Source: Candidatus Woesebacteria bacterium (lineage in GTDB: Bacteria > Patescibacteriota > Microgenomatia > UBA1400 > PJMF01). From it: a DNA stretch of 64,000 nt. Positions 40,586 to 50,529 of the stretch are shown piece after piece (position 1 is the stretch's first letter; each line of letters opens with the position of its first letter). A program made the translations under genes and the position numbers. A model generated the notes under the pieces. That model saw only the letters and a program-made list of their open reading frames with translations. It was not told the origin of the DNA and made no database searches. The stretch is from contig JASFHL010000002.1 of the NCBI GenBank assembly GCA_050123235.1, forward strand, positions 15,326 to 79,325. The letters are read 5' to 3'.

Positions 40586-41587
40586 ATGCAAAATTCAGTA
40601 GAAAATATATATCTAGCAGATTATCTAAATAATCCTAGTTATCAAGCTACTCGTGATGGTTTTGGTGATGCGCTAGTACAAGCAGCTGAAAAAAACCAAA
40701 ATATAGTTGCCCTTTCAGCAGATTTAACTAGTTCGCTCAGATTAACTGCCTTTGAAGAAAAATTTCCTAAACGTCTTATTCAAGTAGGCGTGGCTGAACA
40801 AAACCTAATGGGTGTAGCTGCAGGTTTGGCTTTAGGCGGAAAAGTTCCTTTTGCCACTAGTTATGCTGTTTTTAACCCTGGCAGAAACTGGGATCAATTG
40901 CGAGTCAGTGTTTGTTATTCAAATTTAAATGTTAAGGTAGTGGGAGGCCATGCTGGAGTTAATACTGGCGCAGACGGTGCTAGCCACCAAGCTTTAGAAG
41001 ACATTGCACTCACACGCGTGCTGCCAAACATGACTGTAGTAGTTCCTTGTGATTATCAAGAAGCATGCAAAGCTACTGCTGCCATTGCTAAATTTACTGG
41101 TCCAGCTTATTTAAGATTAAATAGAGAAAAAACTCTTGATATTACTACTGAAAATACTCCTTTTGAGATTGGCAAGGCAGTCACTTTAAGACAAGGCACA
41201 GATGCCACTATCATAGCCTGTGGAACTATGGTAGCTGAAGCTCTGCTAGCTGCCGAAGAATTAGCTAAACAAAACATTAATTTACGCGTCATTAATCTGC
41301 ACACCATTAAACCAATTGACAAACAGGCAATCATCCAAGTTGCCAATGAAACTGGAGCCATCATCACTGCTGAAGATCATCAAATTATGGCAGGCATGGG
41401 TAGTGCTGTAGCCGAAGTTCTTGTTCAAGCTCAGGGTAGAGAAGTATCAAAACTTATCCCAGTTGAAATGGTAGCAGTCAAAGATAGCTTTACTGAGTCA
41501 GGGAATGCTAAAGAATTAATGCACAAATATGAAATTGATAAGAACGCGATTATGAAAGCAGTGAACAAAGTTTTAGAAAAAAAATAG
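40586..41587 (+). CDS. Transketolase C-terminal subunit
   Basis: SADL, GVAEQN, DGASHQALED, HTIKPID. Confidence 0.92.
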   Translation: MQNSVENIYLADYLNNPSYQATRDGFGDALVQAAEKNQNIVALSADLTSSLRLTAFEEKFPKRLIQVGVAEQNLMGVAAGLALGGKVPFATSYAVFNPGRNWDQLRVSVCYSNLNVKVVGGHAGVNTGADGASHQALEDIALTRVLPNMTVVVPCDYQEACKATAAIAKFTGPAYLRLNREKTLDITTENTPFEIGKAVTLRQGTDATIIACGTMVAEALLAAEELAKQNINLRVINLHTIKPIDKQAIIQVANETGAIITAEDHQIMAGMGSAVAEVLVQAQGREVSKLIPVEMVAVKDSFTESGNAKELMHKYEIDKNAIMKAVNKVLEKK

Positions 41588-41592
41588 ATAAA

Positions 41593-41802
41593 TTATCCTA
41601 TTCCTCTGCCACCCTTCCAGAATAAGACAGAATTCTGATCACTGCCTTCTAAGTCTGCTTGAGTTCTCCTCTGACCTATCTTAGAATTAGTTTCTTTTTC
41701 CGCTATTGAGAACTGTCTCCTAGCTTCATCTATACTTAGGCCATGTATCCCAGCATATGCTCGTATTGCTTCTTCATAGATGTCTAATTCTTGTTTAACC
41801 AT
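41593..41802 (-). CDS. Small hypothetical protein
   Basis: 69 aa, ATG preceded by AAAGGAG SD; fills the gap between mutM and the convergent transketolase gene. Confidence 0.6.
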   Translation of the reverse strand: MVKQELDIYEEAIRAYAGIHGLSIDEARRQFSIAEKETNSKIGQRRTQADLEGSDQNSVLFWKGGRGIG

Positions 41803-41847
41803 AATCTCCTTTTTTTAAATTAAAATAATCTGCTCGTGTCATCTTTT

Positions 41848-42696
41848 TCAACGCTGGCAACTTGGGCAAAAATACGTTCCTCGCCCAGCTATTTTTACTT
41901 TCTCTATCTCAGCGCCACAATTAGGACAAGCTTCTCCTTGCCTGTCATAAACTCTTAACTCATTTTGATAGCCACCCGCAAAACCTTCAACATTGACATA
42001 TTTACCATCATAAGTTGTACCTCCCAACTCAATTCCTCGCTCAATTACTTGACGACTAGATTTTAATAATTTTAATATTTCATCATCAGTAAGACTTTTA
42101 GCTGGCCGCAGAGGACTAATTTTAGCTAAATTCAAAGCGTCTACCGCATAAATATTCCCCACTCCAGCCAACACTTTATTATCCATCAGAACTTGTTTGA
42201 TCGGCACTGAACGACGACTCAATTTTTCTTTAAAATACTCAAAAGTCAAAGTTTGATCATTTACATCAGGGCCATATTTAGCAAATTCAGCTTCGACTTC
42301 TTGATCTGTCATTAACCTAATCCAACCAAAAATCCTCATATCATTAAAAAAAAGTGTAGCGTCATCAGCAAAAGCAACTATCACCCTCGTATGCTTAGAT
42401 GGTAGGTCACTCACCCAATCAGCTGTCGGATGACCACCACCCACTCGCTGTTTGTCATTCAAAAAAATCAATTGGCCAGTCATTTTCAAATGAACTAACA
42501 GATTTAAAGCTTCATTCAATTTAAAACGTAAAATTTTAGCCCGCCTATTAACTTCTTGAATAGTCATGCCTTCAATTGTCTTCCTATCCCCTTGAAAACT
42601 TTTTTCATGAAGAATTTGCAATTTAGCAATTTTTCTACCAGGAATTAAGTCATTTAAACGCCGACTGATTGTTTCTACTTCTGGAAGTTCTGGCAT
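41848..42696 (-). CDS. mutM: Formamidopyrimidine-DNA glycosylase
   Basis: MPELPEVET, HLKMTG, GVGNIY, C-terminal CPNC...CPSCQ zinc finger. Confidence 0.97.
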   Translation of the reverse strand: MPELPEVETISRRLNDLIPGRKIAKLQILHEKSFQGDRKTIEGMTIQEVNRRAKILRFKLNEALNLLVHLKMTGQLIFLNDKQRVGGGHPTADWVSDLPSKHTRVIVAFADDATLFFNDMRIFGWIRLMTDQEVEAEFAKYGPDVNDQTLTFEYFKEKLSRRSVPIKQVLMDNKVLAGVGNIYAVDALNLAKISPLRPAKSLTDDEILKLLKSSRQVIERGIELGGTTYDGKYVNVEGFAGGYQNELRVYDRQGEACPNCGAEIEKVKIAGRGTYFCPSCQR

Positions 42697-42736
42697 AAGA
42701 GAATTTAAAATTAACCCTTAATTTACTTTAACAAAG

Positions 42737-45694
42737 CTAGCCCAAATGCTCAGGAGCATTAATTAAACCACATTTTTTATATTTTTTCCCAGAGCCACAA
42801 GGACAAGGATCATTTCTACCAATTTTAACTTTTTTAGATCCTGGATTAGCTTTAGCCACTGCTTTAGCACTACCTAATGCATTAGCTAGATCATTCAAAG
42901 ATCCTTTTCTTTTTTGAGGAGCTTTTTTAGCTGAAGGTGGAGTGGCATCTGCTACTTCTTTAGCTAGACTTTCATGAATATCTTCTTTTTCTAAAGAAAC
43001 ATCATCAGGAACGACTCTGACGATTGGTTGATTTGTAGGATGCACTCTAAAAATTCTACTAGCAATAGTTGACTCAATCACTGCAATTAATTTTTCAAAA
43101 ATAAGAAAGGCCTCTTTTTTATATTCTGATAAAACAGTTTGCTTGTCACCTCGGAGCCAAATACCATCACGTAGGTTCTCAATTTCATCCAAATGATCCA
43201 TCCATTTCTCATCAATGGTAGAAATAGAAACCATTCTCTCAATCTCTCGCATCATTTCTTTACCCAAAACTTTTTCTCTAGCTTTATAAGTCTGTGCAAC
43301 CACTGACATTAATTCATCAGTGATTTCTTGGGTTTGACTTAATTTAGAAATTTTTTCTTTTAATTGCCGTTGTGATTTATCATCAAAAGGAATAATTTTA
43401 ATAAATTCCTTGACAATGGCATCATATTCATCGGCCGTAAATCTTTGTGGAGCCCTAGTAGCAACTGTTGATTCAATCTCATCTTTAATGTAATTAACAA
43501 TTTCCTCTTTTAAAGACACAGCTTCCTCGGCTTTGTCCAAAACTTCAGCTTGGTCAAGCAATCTTCTTCTTCTTTTATAAATAATTTCTCTATGCTTATT
43601 CATCACATCGTCAAATTCAACCAATCTTTTACGTTGATCAAAGAAAAAGCCTTCAACTTTAACCTGAGCTGACTCAATTGATTTGCTAACCATTTTATGT
43701 TCGATGGGTTGATCTTCTTCAATACGCAAAAAATCCATAATTTTAGCAATCTGCTCGCCACCAAAAATACGCATAATCTCATCATCTAAAGCCACAAAAA
43801 ACTGACTCTTACCAGGATCACCTTGCCTACCAGAACGGCCGCGAAGCTGATTGTCAATTCTTCTAGATTCATGACGTTCCGTACCAATGATGTATAAACC
43901 ACCGGCTTTAACAACTTCGTCATGTGCTTTCTGCCATTTTTCCGAAGCTTTACTGTATTCTGCCAATTTATAATTAGCAGGATTAACTGAAGGAGGAATA
44001 GATAGATGCCGATATTTTTTAGCTAATTTAGTTTTTTTCTTAGTTCTAGTCTTTTTAAGATAATCTTTGAGCTCTGGCTTAGCGCCACCCAAAACAATAT
44101 CAACGCCACGTCCAGCAATGTTAGTTGCCACTGTGATGGCTCCTTTTTTACCAGCCTCAGCAATAATAAAAGCTTCTTTTTCATGATTTTTAGCATTTAA
44201 AACCTGATGGGGAATTTTTTTCTTTTTCAAAAATTGAGCAATGATCTGATTATGTTCAATTGAGCGTGTACCAATCAAAATAGGTTGACCAGCTTGATGA
44301 GCTTTCTCAACTTCTTTGCTAATAGCGGTATATTTTGCAGCCGTAGTTTTATAAATTACATCAGCTTTATCTTCACGGACTACTGTTTCATTAGTAGGAA
44401 TAGCCAAAACATCAACATCATAGATCTGTTTAAATTCTTCTGACTCAGTCACAGCTGTCCCAGTCATGCCAGATAATTTTTGATAAAGTCTAAAATAATT
44501 CTGAATAGAAATGCTAGCTAAAGTCCTAGATTCTTGTTGAATAGGCACCCCTTCTTTAGCTTCAATTGATTGATGTAAACCATCGCTATAACGACGGCCA
44601 TACATCAATCTACCAGTATGTTCATCAACAATGATAACTTTATTTTCACGAACAATATATTCCTTATCGCGACGATAAAGAGTTTGAGCTTTTAATGCTG
44701 CTTCTACATGATGAATAGTATCAAAACTTTCCTCATAAAGGTTGCTGACTCCCAGTTTTTGTTCAATTCTTTTGACACCAAGATCAGTTAAGGTGACTGA
44801 TTTTGCTTTCTCATCAATTTTGTAATCTTGATCTTTACTTAAAGAACGCACCATTTTGGCGTAATCATAATATTTTTTAGTAGGTTCAGTATCTGGAGCA
44901 CTGATAATTAAAGGAGTTCTCGCTTCATCAATCAAAATTGAATCAGCCTCATCCACAATCGCAAAGTGGTGAGTATTATCTTCCCGTTGCACCATTCTCT
45001 TTAAAGAAGGCACCATATTATCTCTCAAATAATCAAAACCAAATTCGTTATTAGTACCATAAGTAATATCAGCAGCATAAGCTTCTTTTCTAGGAATTTC
45101 TACAAAATGTTCCAAACGCTCATCACCACGTTCTTCACTGTCTACAGTTGAATCATAAAGTTTAGCCTTATCATGGACCACAACAGCAGTAGATAAACCT
45201 AAAAATTCATAGATTGGCCCCATCCAACCAACTCCAATTTCAGCTAGATAATCATTGACTGTAATCAAATGAACACCTTTACCCAGCAAAGCATTAAGAT
45301 AGAGTGGAGCAGTAACAGTCAGCGTTTTTCCTTCACCTGTTTTCTGTTCAGTCACATTGCCATAATGAAGAGCAATTCCCGCCAACAGCTGAACATCAAA
45401 ATGCCGCATGCCTAGCACTCTATGAGAAGTTTCACGAACAGTTGCAAAAGCTTCGGGAAGTAATTCTTCTAAAAGGGCTGCTTCTTTTTCTTTAATTAGA
45501 ACTTCATCATAGCTAGGGAGATCTTGAAGAGCCTCTTCAATTTTTTTCTTAAACTTGCTGGTTTGAGCTGCTAGTTTAGCATCAGATAACTTTTTAAGTT
45601 TAGGCTCAAGAGCATTGATTTCTGCAACTATTTTCTGATAACGATCAAGCTTTTTTTGTGACTCATCAAAGATCTTAGTTAAAAATTTAAACAT
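42737..45694 (-). CDS. secA: Preprotein translocase ATPase SecA
   Basis: TGEGKT, DEAD, RRIDNQLRGRSGRQGDPG, SEC-C motif GRNDPCPCGSGKKYKKC. Confidence 0.98.
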   Translation of the reverse strand: MFKFLTKIFDESQKKLDRYQKIVAEINALEPKLKKLSDAKLAAQTSKFKKKIEEALQDLPSYDEVLIKEKEAALLEELLPEAFATVRETSHRVLGMRHFDVQLLAGIALHYGNVTEQKTGEGKTLTVTAPLYLNALLGKGVHLITVNDYLAEIGVGWMGPIYEFLGLSTAVVVHDKAKLYDSTVDSEERGDERLEHFVEIPRKEAYAADITYGTNNEFGFDYLRDNMVPSLKRMVQREDNTHHFAIVDEADSILIDEARTPLIISAPDTEPTKKYYDYAKMVRSLSKDQDYKIDEKAKSVTLTDLGVKRIEQKLGVSNLYEESFDTIHHVEAALKAQTLYRRDKEYIVRENKVIIVDEHTGRLMYGRRYSDGLHQSIEAKEGVPIQQESRTLASISIQNYFRLYQKLSGMTGTAVTESEEFKQIYDVDVLAIPTNETVVREDKADVIYKTTAAKYTAISKEVEKAHQAGQPILIGTRSIEHNQIIAQFLKKKKIPHQVLNAKNHEKEAFIIAEAGKKGAITVATNIAGRGVDIVLGGAKPELKDYLKKTRTKKKTKLAKKYRHLSIPPSVNPANYKLAEYSKASEKWQKAHDEVVKAGGLYIIGTERHESRRIDNQLRGRSGRQGDPGKSQFFVALDDEIMRIFGGEQIAKIMDFLRIEEDQPIEHKMVSKSIESAQVKVEGFFFDQRKRLVEFDDVMNKHREIIYKRRRRLLDQAEVLDKAEEAVSLKEEIVNYIKDEIESTVATRAPQRFTADEYDAIVKEFIKIIPFDDKSQRQLKEKISKLSQTQEITDELMSVVAQTYKAREKVLGKEMMREIERMVSISTIDEKWMDHLDEIENLRDGIWLRGDKQTVLSEYKKEAFLIFEKLIAVIESTIASRIFRVHPTNQPIVRVVPDDVSLEKEDIHESLAKEVADATPPSAKKAPQKRKGSLNDLANALGSAKAVAKANPGSKKVKIGRNDPCPCGSGKKYKKCGLINAPEHLG

Positions 45695-45808
45695 AGACGT
45701 ATATTATGACATAAAGTGGAAAAAAGTGGGGCTTGTTTGTTTAGTTTGAAAATATATTTAAAGCATAAATAGTTTGATAAGACAGTAATTTCAATATTTT
45801 TCTATTAC

Positions 45809-45837
45809 AAAAAGAAAGGCCCCCTGAGAGGGGGCCT
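45809..45837 (-). terminator. Strong intrinsic terminator of the small-peptide transcript
   Basis: AGGCCCCCT-ctc-AGGGGGCCT followed by TTCTTTTT on the minus strand. Confidence 0.8.
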
Positions 45838-45843
45838 GGGTGC

Positions 45844-45963
45844 TCAGCCTACGTGAGTTTGGCTGAGCAAAAGAAGGACCAATAGCAAAATGGCTATGAT
45901 TAGCAGCCCGAGGCAACATCCCTCGGGCCCATTGGCAAACAACGCTTCCAAATTCATTTCCAT
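45844..45963 (-). CDS. 39-aa hydrophobic small protein (type I toxin-like), absent from ORF track
   Basis: MEMNLEALFANGPEGCCLGLLIIAILLLVLLLLSQTHVG*; AAGGAG SD at 45966-45971; own promoter and terminator. Confidence 0.7.
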   Translation of the reverse strand: MEMNLEALFANGPEGCCLGLLIIAILLLVLLLLSQTHVG

Positions 45964-46026
45964 GTCTCCTTTTCTTGACTGCCCCGCTTTTGGAACAGCC
46001 AAGAGAATTTAAAATCAGTATTTAAA

Positions 46027-46054
46027 ATTATATCCTATAATAATAAAATATCAA
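46027..46054 (-). promoter_or_regulatory. Sigma70-type promoter for the small-peptide unit
   Basis: TTGATA (46049-46054), 16-nt spacer, TATAAT (46027-46032). Confidence 0.6.
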
Positions 46055-46127
46055 TAACAATAAAATTTACACAGTTCGATCTAGTTGAAGATAATTTTTA
46101 AAAACTATTAAAAAACTAATCAAAAAT

Positions 46128-47399
46128 CTAGCCAATTACTTCTTTACCTACTTGCTCCTTCAATACTTCCGGCACCTTAATACTGCCATCTGCTTGTTGA
46201 TAATTTTCCACTATGGCTGCTAAGAGACGCGGGGTAGCAGCCACTGTATTATTAAGTGTATAAACAAACTTAGTGCTGCCATCTTTGGCCTGATACTTAA
46301 TGCCAAGACGACGAGATTGAAAATCATTAAAATAACTACAGCTATGAGTCTCCCTATATTTATTTTGTCCAGGAAACCAAGTTTCAATATCATATTTTTT
46401 GTGCTGACCTGCTCCCATATCACCGGTACACATCATCACTATCTGATAGGGAAGAGCTAAGTTTTGCAATAGCTCTTCAGAAAAGCCCAACATCTTTTCA
46501 TGCCATTTTCTTGTCTCTTCTTCATCAGCCACAGTATAAACCACCTGCTCAACTTTATTAAATTGATGCAACCTAATCACACCTTTGGTATCCTTGCCAT
46601 AAGAACCTACCTCTCTCCTAAAACATGGTGAGATACCAGTCATTTTAATTGGCAAATCTTTTTCTCTCAAAACTTCACCTTGATGATAAGCCGTAAGAGC
46701 AACTTCAGCTGTGCCAGCTAAAATCTGTTCATCTTGAGTGTAGTAATGATCATCAGCTCCCCAGGGAAAATAAGCAGTGCCAATCATAGCTTCTTTTTTA
46801 ACTAAAACTGGGACTGTCATGGGAGTAAAATCTTTTTTTATCATCAAATCAAGTGCATAATTAAGAATAGCCTGCTCTAATAAAACTGCTTCATTTTTCA
46901 AAAAATATCCTCTGAAACCTGCTATTTTAACAGCTCGTTTTGTATCAAGTAAATCTAAATTTAACATCAATTCATCATGATTTTTAGCTTTAAAATCAAA
47001 TTTAGGGAATTCTCCTACAGTCCTAACCACTTGATTGCCACTTTCGTCTGGACCAATTGGTACTTCAACTGCTGGCACATTAGGAATAGCCAATAATAAT
47101 TCTTCAAAATCTGCTTCAATTTTTTTCAATGCTGGTTCTTTGCTTTTTAATTCTGCTTTCAACTTTTTGCCATTCTTAACTTGTTCAGCAGAGGGCTCAG
47201 CTCCATCATGAACCAATTTTTTAATCTCATCTGCGTTTTGATTAACTTTCTGACGGATCACCTGGACTTCGCTAAGCAAGTCTCTGCGCTGTTTGTCAGA
47301 CTCCAATAACTCGTCAACTAACTCTTCTTTTAATTGTTTATCCCTGCAAGCTTTTTTAACAGCATCGGGATTCTCTCTAATATAATTGATATCTAACAT
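46128..47399 (-). CDS. serS: Serine--tRNA ligase
   Basis: MLDINYIR, GTAEV, CFRREVGS, RLHQFNKVE, TLNNT. Confidence 0.97.
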   Translation of the reverse strand: MLDINYIRENPDAVKKACRDKQLKEELVDELLESDKQRRDLLSEVQVIRQKVNQNADEIKKLVHDGAEPSAEQVKNGKKLKAELKSKEPALKKIEADFEELLLAIPNVPAVEVPIGPDESGNQVVRTVGEFPKFDFKAKNHDELMLNLDLLDTKRAVKIAGFRGYFLKNEAVLLEQAILNYALDLMIKKDFTPMTVPVLVKKEAMIGTAYFPWGADDHYYTQDEQILAGTAEVALTAYHQGEVLREKDLPIKMTGISPCFRREVGSYGKDTKGVIRLHQFNKVEQVVYTVADEEETRKWHEKMLGFSEELLQNLALPYQIVMMCTGDMGAGQHKKYDIETWFPGQNKYRETHSCSYFNDFQSRRLGIKYQAKDGSTKFVYTLNNTVAATPRLLAAIVENYQQADGSIKVPEVLKEQVGKEVIG

Positions 47400-47401
47400 A
47401 A

Positions 47402-47944
47402 TTAATTTTCCTTTTTAAAAACTGATATTAAAAAATCAATATGTTCTTCAGGACTTTCTTCAATTAAATCAAAACCTTGTTTAATATCTTCACGGCTCAC
47501 ATTAGCAGCAAAGGCTTTATCCTTAATCTTCTTTTTGACTGATTTAACTTTCATATCTTGGAAACCATTGGGCCGCATCAAAGAAACTGCATGCATCAAA
47601 CCGGACAACTCATCACAGGCAAACAAATATCTCTCCAACTTTGTTTCTGGTCTTTTTCCAGTCCTATTCGGGGCATGAGCTTTAATTGCTTCTAATAGTC
47701 CATCAGGATAGTCTTTTAAAATTTCATTGAGCGCTTTATTAGGATGCTCGTCTGGATACATCTCCCAATCCAAATCATGCAACAATCCAGTTTGATACCA
47801 TAGTTCTTCATCTTCATTCAACTTTTTGGCATAAGCTTCCATGGCAGCAGCTACCATCTTACAATGATGAACTAAACGTTCATTTTTAATATATTTTTTA
47901 AGTAAAGCTTCTGATTCTTGGCGACTAGCTAATGATTTTGGCAT
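47402..47944 (-). CDS. HD (HDIG) domain hydrolase
   Basis: HC..VAAAM, GLLHDLD, AH, DELSG, VKKKIKDKAFAANVSR. Confidence 0.88.
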   Translation of the reverse strand: MPKSLASRQESEALLKKYIKNERLVHHCKMVAAAMEAYAKKLNEDEELWYQTGLLHDLDWEMYPDEHPNKALNEILKDYPDGLLEAIKAHAPNRTGKRPETKLERYLFACDELSGLMHAVSLMRPNGFQDMKVKSVKKKIKDKAFAANVSREDIKQGFDLIEESPEEHIDFLISVFKKEN

Positions 47945-47961
47945 ATTTTAAATAAAAATTC

Positions 47962-48741
47962 TTATAATGGGTTATTAATATCTACAAACTCTATTTCTAC
48001 TTGTCCCTTAAAATCTTTTTTTATTTTTTTTGTCAAAGCTTTAATCCCTAATGTCTCAGTAGCATAATGACCGCCAGCAAAATAAGAAATGCCTGACTCT
48101 AAAAACTGATGCAAACTGGATTCCTTGATCTCACCAGTAATATGCAGTTCAACTTGTTTTTCTCTAATCTCTGCTAAATCCTTTAAATCTGGAATCCCTC
48201 CACCACTGACAATTCCCAGCCTCTTAACTTTACCTTTACTAGCATTAATTACAAATACATCATGATCACAGATTTTCTTAACCTTATCAGCCAAGCTTTG
48301 AATCGAAGCCGCTTTGCTTAACTCTCCCACAAAACCCCAAGTATCAAAATATGAATCTACAATTTTAGCTTTCAGTAACTTAGCCATCACTGCATTATTT
48401 CCAATTTTAGAATCCGCATCTAAACAATAATGAAAACCAAATAAATTAAGATTATTCTCCAGTAGCAATTTTAATCTTTTTTGTTGATAGGGAAGTAAAA
48501 TATTATATGGCAAGGCAAGATTTAAAGCATGATGAACAATAATAGTATCAGCCTTTTTTTTAATGGCTTGCTTAATTAATTCTGCCGAGATAGAAACCCC
48601 AGTCACAATCTTTTTAATTTCTTTTCTGCCTGGCACTTGCAAGCCATTGGGCAGCTTTGTGTCAATTTCCCTGGCTTTTTTTATTAAATCTGGTGTAAAG
48701 AGTTTTTTTAAATAGTCGTCAAGTTGTGATTGTTTGATCAT
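47962..48741 (-). CDS. Nif3-like dinuclear metal centre protein (YbgI/YqfO)
   Basis: NGLQV, IVHH, HYCLD..GNN, ITGE, GHYATE. Confidence 0.9.
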   Translation of the reverse strand: MIKQSQLDDYLKKLFTPDLIKKAREIDTKLPNGLQVPGRKEIKKIVTGVSISAELIKQAIKKKADTIIVHHALNLALPYNILLPYQQKRLKLLLENNLNLFGFHYCLDADSKIGNNAVMAKLLKAKIVDSYFDTWGFVGELSKAASIQSLADKVKKICDHDVFVINASKGKVKRLGIVSGGGIPDLKDLAEIREKQVELHITGEIKESSLHQFLESGISYFAGGHYATETLGIKALTKKIKKDFKGQVEIEFVDINNPL

Positions 48742-48757
48742 AAAGCCTTTTTATTTT

Positions 48758-50428
48758 TTAATTACTAGCCTCAATAATTTCTTTAATCCTTTTCTCTCTC
48801 AAATCTTTATCCATATCAAGTAAAAACCAAGCCGCTCTTGGTCCAGATTTTTTACCAATAAAAGCCAGATAAACAGCTTGAAAACCTTGTCTAGCTCCAA
48901 GACTAGCTTTAGCTATCTCAAACATTTGTTGTTGTAATTCTTGAGGATCCCAATTATCTTTACTATTAATTAAGTCATTAACTTGTTTTAAATAATGCTT
49001 TTGCTCAGCAGTTAAATCAGCAGCCGCCTTTGGCAATTCTGCTGTAGCTCTAAATTGATAATCCTCAGGAGCATATCTATCAAGCCAAAGCTCAGCATAT
49101 TTTTTTCTTTCTTCTAAAAATTTCAATTCCTGTTTATTTAAGGCAGAATCCTTAATTCCGGCAAGTTTTTCTTTTAAATCAATCTCTGGATATTGCATCC
49201 ACAAGGCTACATCTCTAAATCTGGGTAAAAAAGATTGCTTTTGTATTTTCTTAACTTGAGACAATTTAAAAGCTCTAGCCAAACGCTGATCACCTTTTAT
49301 TTCTTGCCAATAGATCTTTGCTGCTTCATCATAAGCATCAAATAAATCTGGAATAGCATCTGTATTTGGATCAAAGTCAATTACTGTATTGTAATGATTG
49401 CTGACAAACAAAAACCTAGCTACTTCTGCTGGAAAAAGCTCAGTAAACTCCCGAGCTGAAGTGCCAACTCCTTTACTAGAACTCATCTTACTACCTCGTA
49501 GTAAAATCCATTCATAAGGAATATCAAAAGGCACTATATACTTAAATACTTGTCTAAGTAAAGCATTAGCCATGTCGCGAGAGCCTCCAGCACTGCAATG
49601 ATCTTTACCAGCTCCCTCCAATTTCACTCCCAGAGCCTTCCAATGAGCAGGCCAATCAACCTTCCAGAGTAACTTACCAGTACCATCAAAAGGACTAATC
49701 TTTCCTTTAAACCCACAACCTTTAGCCCAGTCAACTTTATCTGGCTGACATTCAAAACTTACCTGCTTGCCATCCCAGTCAGTCACTAGAGTAGTTCCCA
49801 CTTTGCCACATTGAGGACAAATTACTTGGAAGGGATACCATTTTGCTGGCAAATCATAATCAGCAACTTGTTTATATACTTTTTTAATACCTTCTACATT
49901 ATCTAAAGCCTGCTTAATCACCTTATTCATTTGACCAGATTCATAAAGTTCATGACTCCAGATAATATCTTGAGTACAGCCAAGCTTTCTAAAAGCATCA
50001 ATAAAATCTAGAGCATAAAACTCAGCAAAGCTTTTGGCATTTTGATACTTTTTCTTTTCTGATGAAGAAACTCCTGCAAAATTAATGCCAGACTTTTCCA
50101 AAGAAGGAGCGGGAATACGATGTAGTGGTTTTCCCATATGTTGACTATATTCTTTTTCGTCAAGATAATGAGGTAAACCATCCATTGGGTCCATATCATT
50201 AAAAACATAAGTACTTTTAACTTTATTTGTTTTTTCCAGTAGAGCTTTATAAACTACATCATGTAAAACCACCCCACGCAAAGATCCTGTATGAACTCTC
50301 CCTGATGGAGTTTTCATATCATCCACATGAATGATCTCAACCTTATTTTCCTTTTGCCAAGCTAAAACTTGCTTTACAATTTGATCTACCCAATGGGGAG
50401 ATTGTTTGATTGATTGGTTGTTTTGCAT
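48758..50428 (-). CDS. lysS: Lysine--tRNA ligase, class I
   Basis: TPSGRVHTG, GKLLWKVDWPAHW, GKDH, KMSSSKG, GPR in the anticodon domain. Confidence 0.95.
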   Translation of the reverse strand: MQNNQSIKQSPHWVDQIVKQVLAWQKENKVEIIHVDDMKTPSGRVHTGSLRGVVLHDVVYKALLEKTNKVKSTYVFNDMDPMDGLPHYLDEKEYSQHMGKPLHRIPAPSLEKSGINFAGVSSSEKKKYQNAKSFAEFYALDFIDAFRKLGCTQDIIWSHELYESGQMNKVIKQALDNVEGIKKVYKQVADYDLPAKWYPFQVICPQCGKVGTTLVTDWDGKQVSFECQPDKVDWAKGCGFKGKISPFDGTGKLLWKVDWPAHWKALGVKLEGAGKDHCSAGGSRDMANALLRQVFKYIVPFDIPYEWILLRGSKMSSSKGVGTSAREFTELFPAEVARFLFVSNHYNTVIDFDPNTDAIPDLFDAYDEAAKIYWQEIKGDQRLARAFKLSQVKKIQKQSFLPRFRDVALWMQYPEIDLKEKLAGIKDSALNKQELKFLEERKKYAELWLDRYAPEDYQFRATAELPKAAADLTAEQKHYLKQVNDLINSKDNWDPQELQQQMFEIAKASLGARQGFQAVYLAFIGKKSGPRAAWFLLDMDKDLREKRIKEIIEASN

Positions 50429-50489
50429 AATTTCCTTTTCTATTTTAACTTGCAGCCCTGATAATTTCGAGCCTAAATCAGCGAAAACT

Positions 50490-50516
50490 AAAAAACCCCG
50501 CTTTCTGCGGGGTTTT
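50490..50516 (-). terminator. Intrinsic terminator after greA
   Basis: AAAACCCCGC-agaaa-GCGGGGTTTT plus T run. Confidence 0.75.
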
Positions 50517-50529
50517 ATTTTTCTATTTT

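Noticed and set aside
50430-50525. Possible T-box or lysine riboswitch upstream of lysS
   Set aside because: The gap is about 100 nt and holds the greA terminator and one small hairpin; no UGGNACC bulge or lysine aptamer core.
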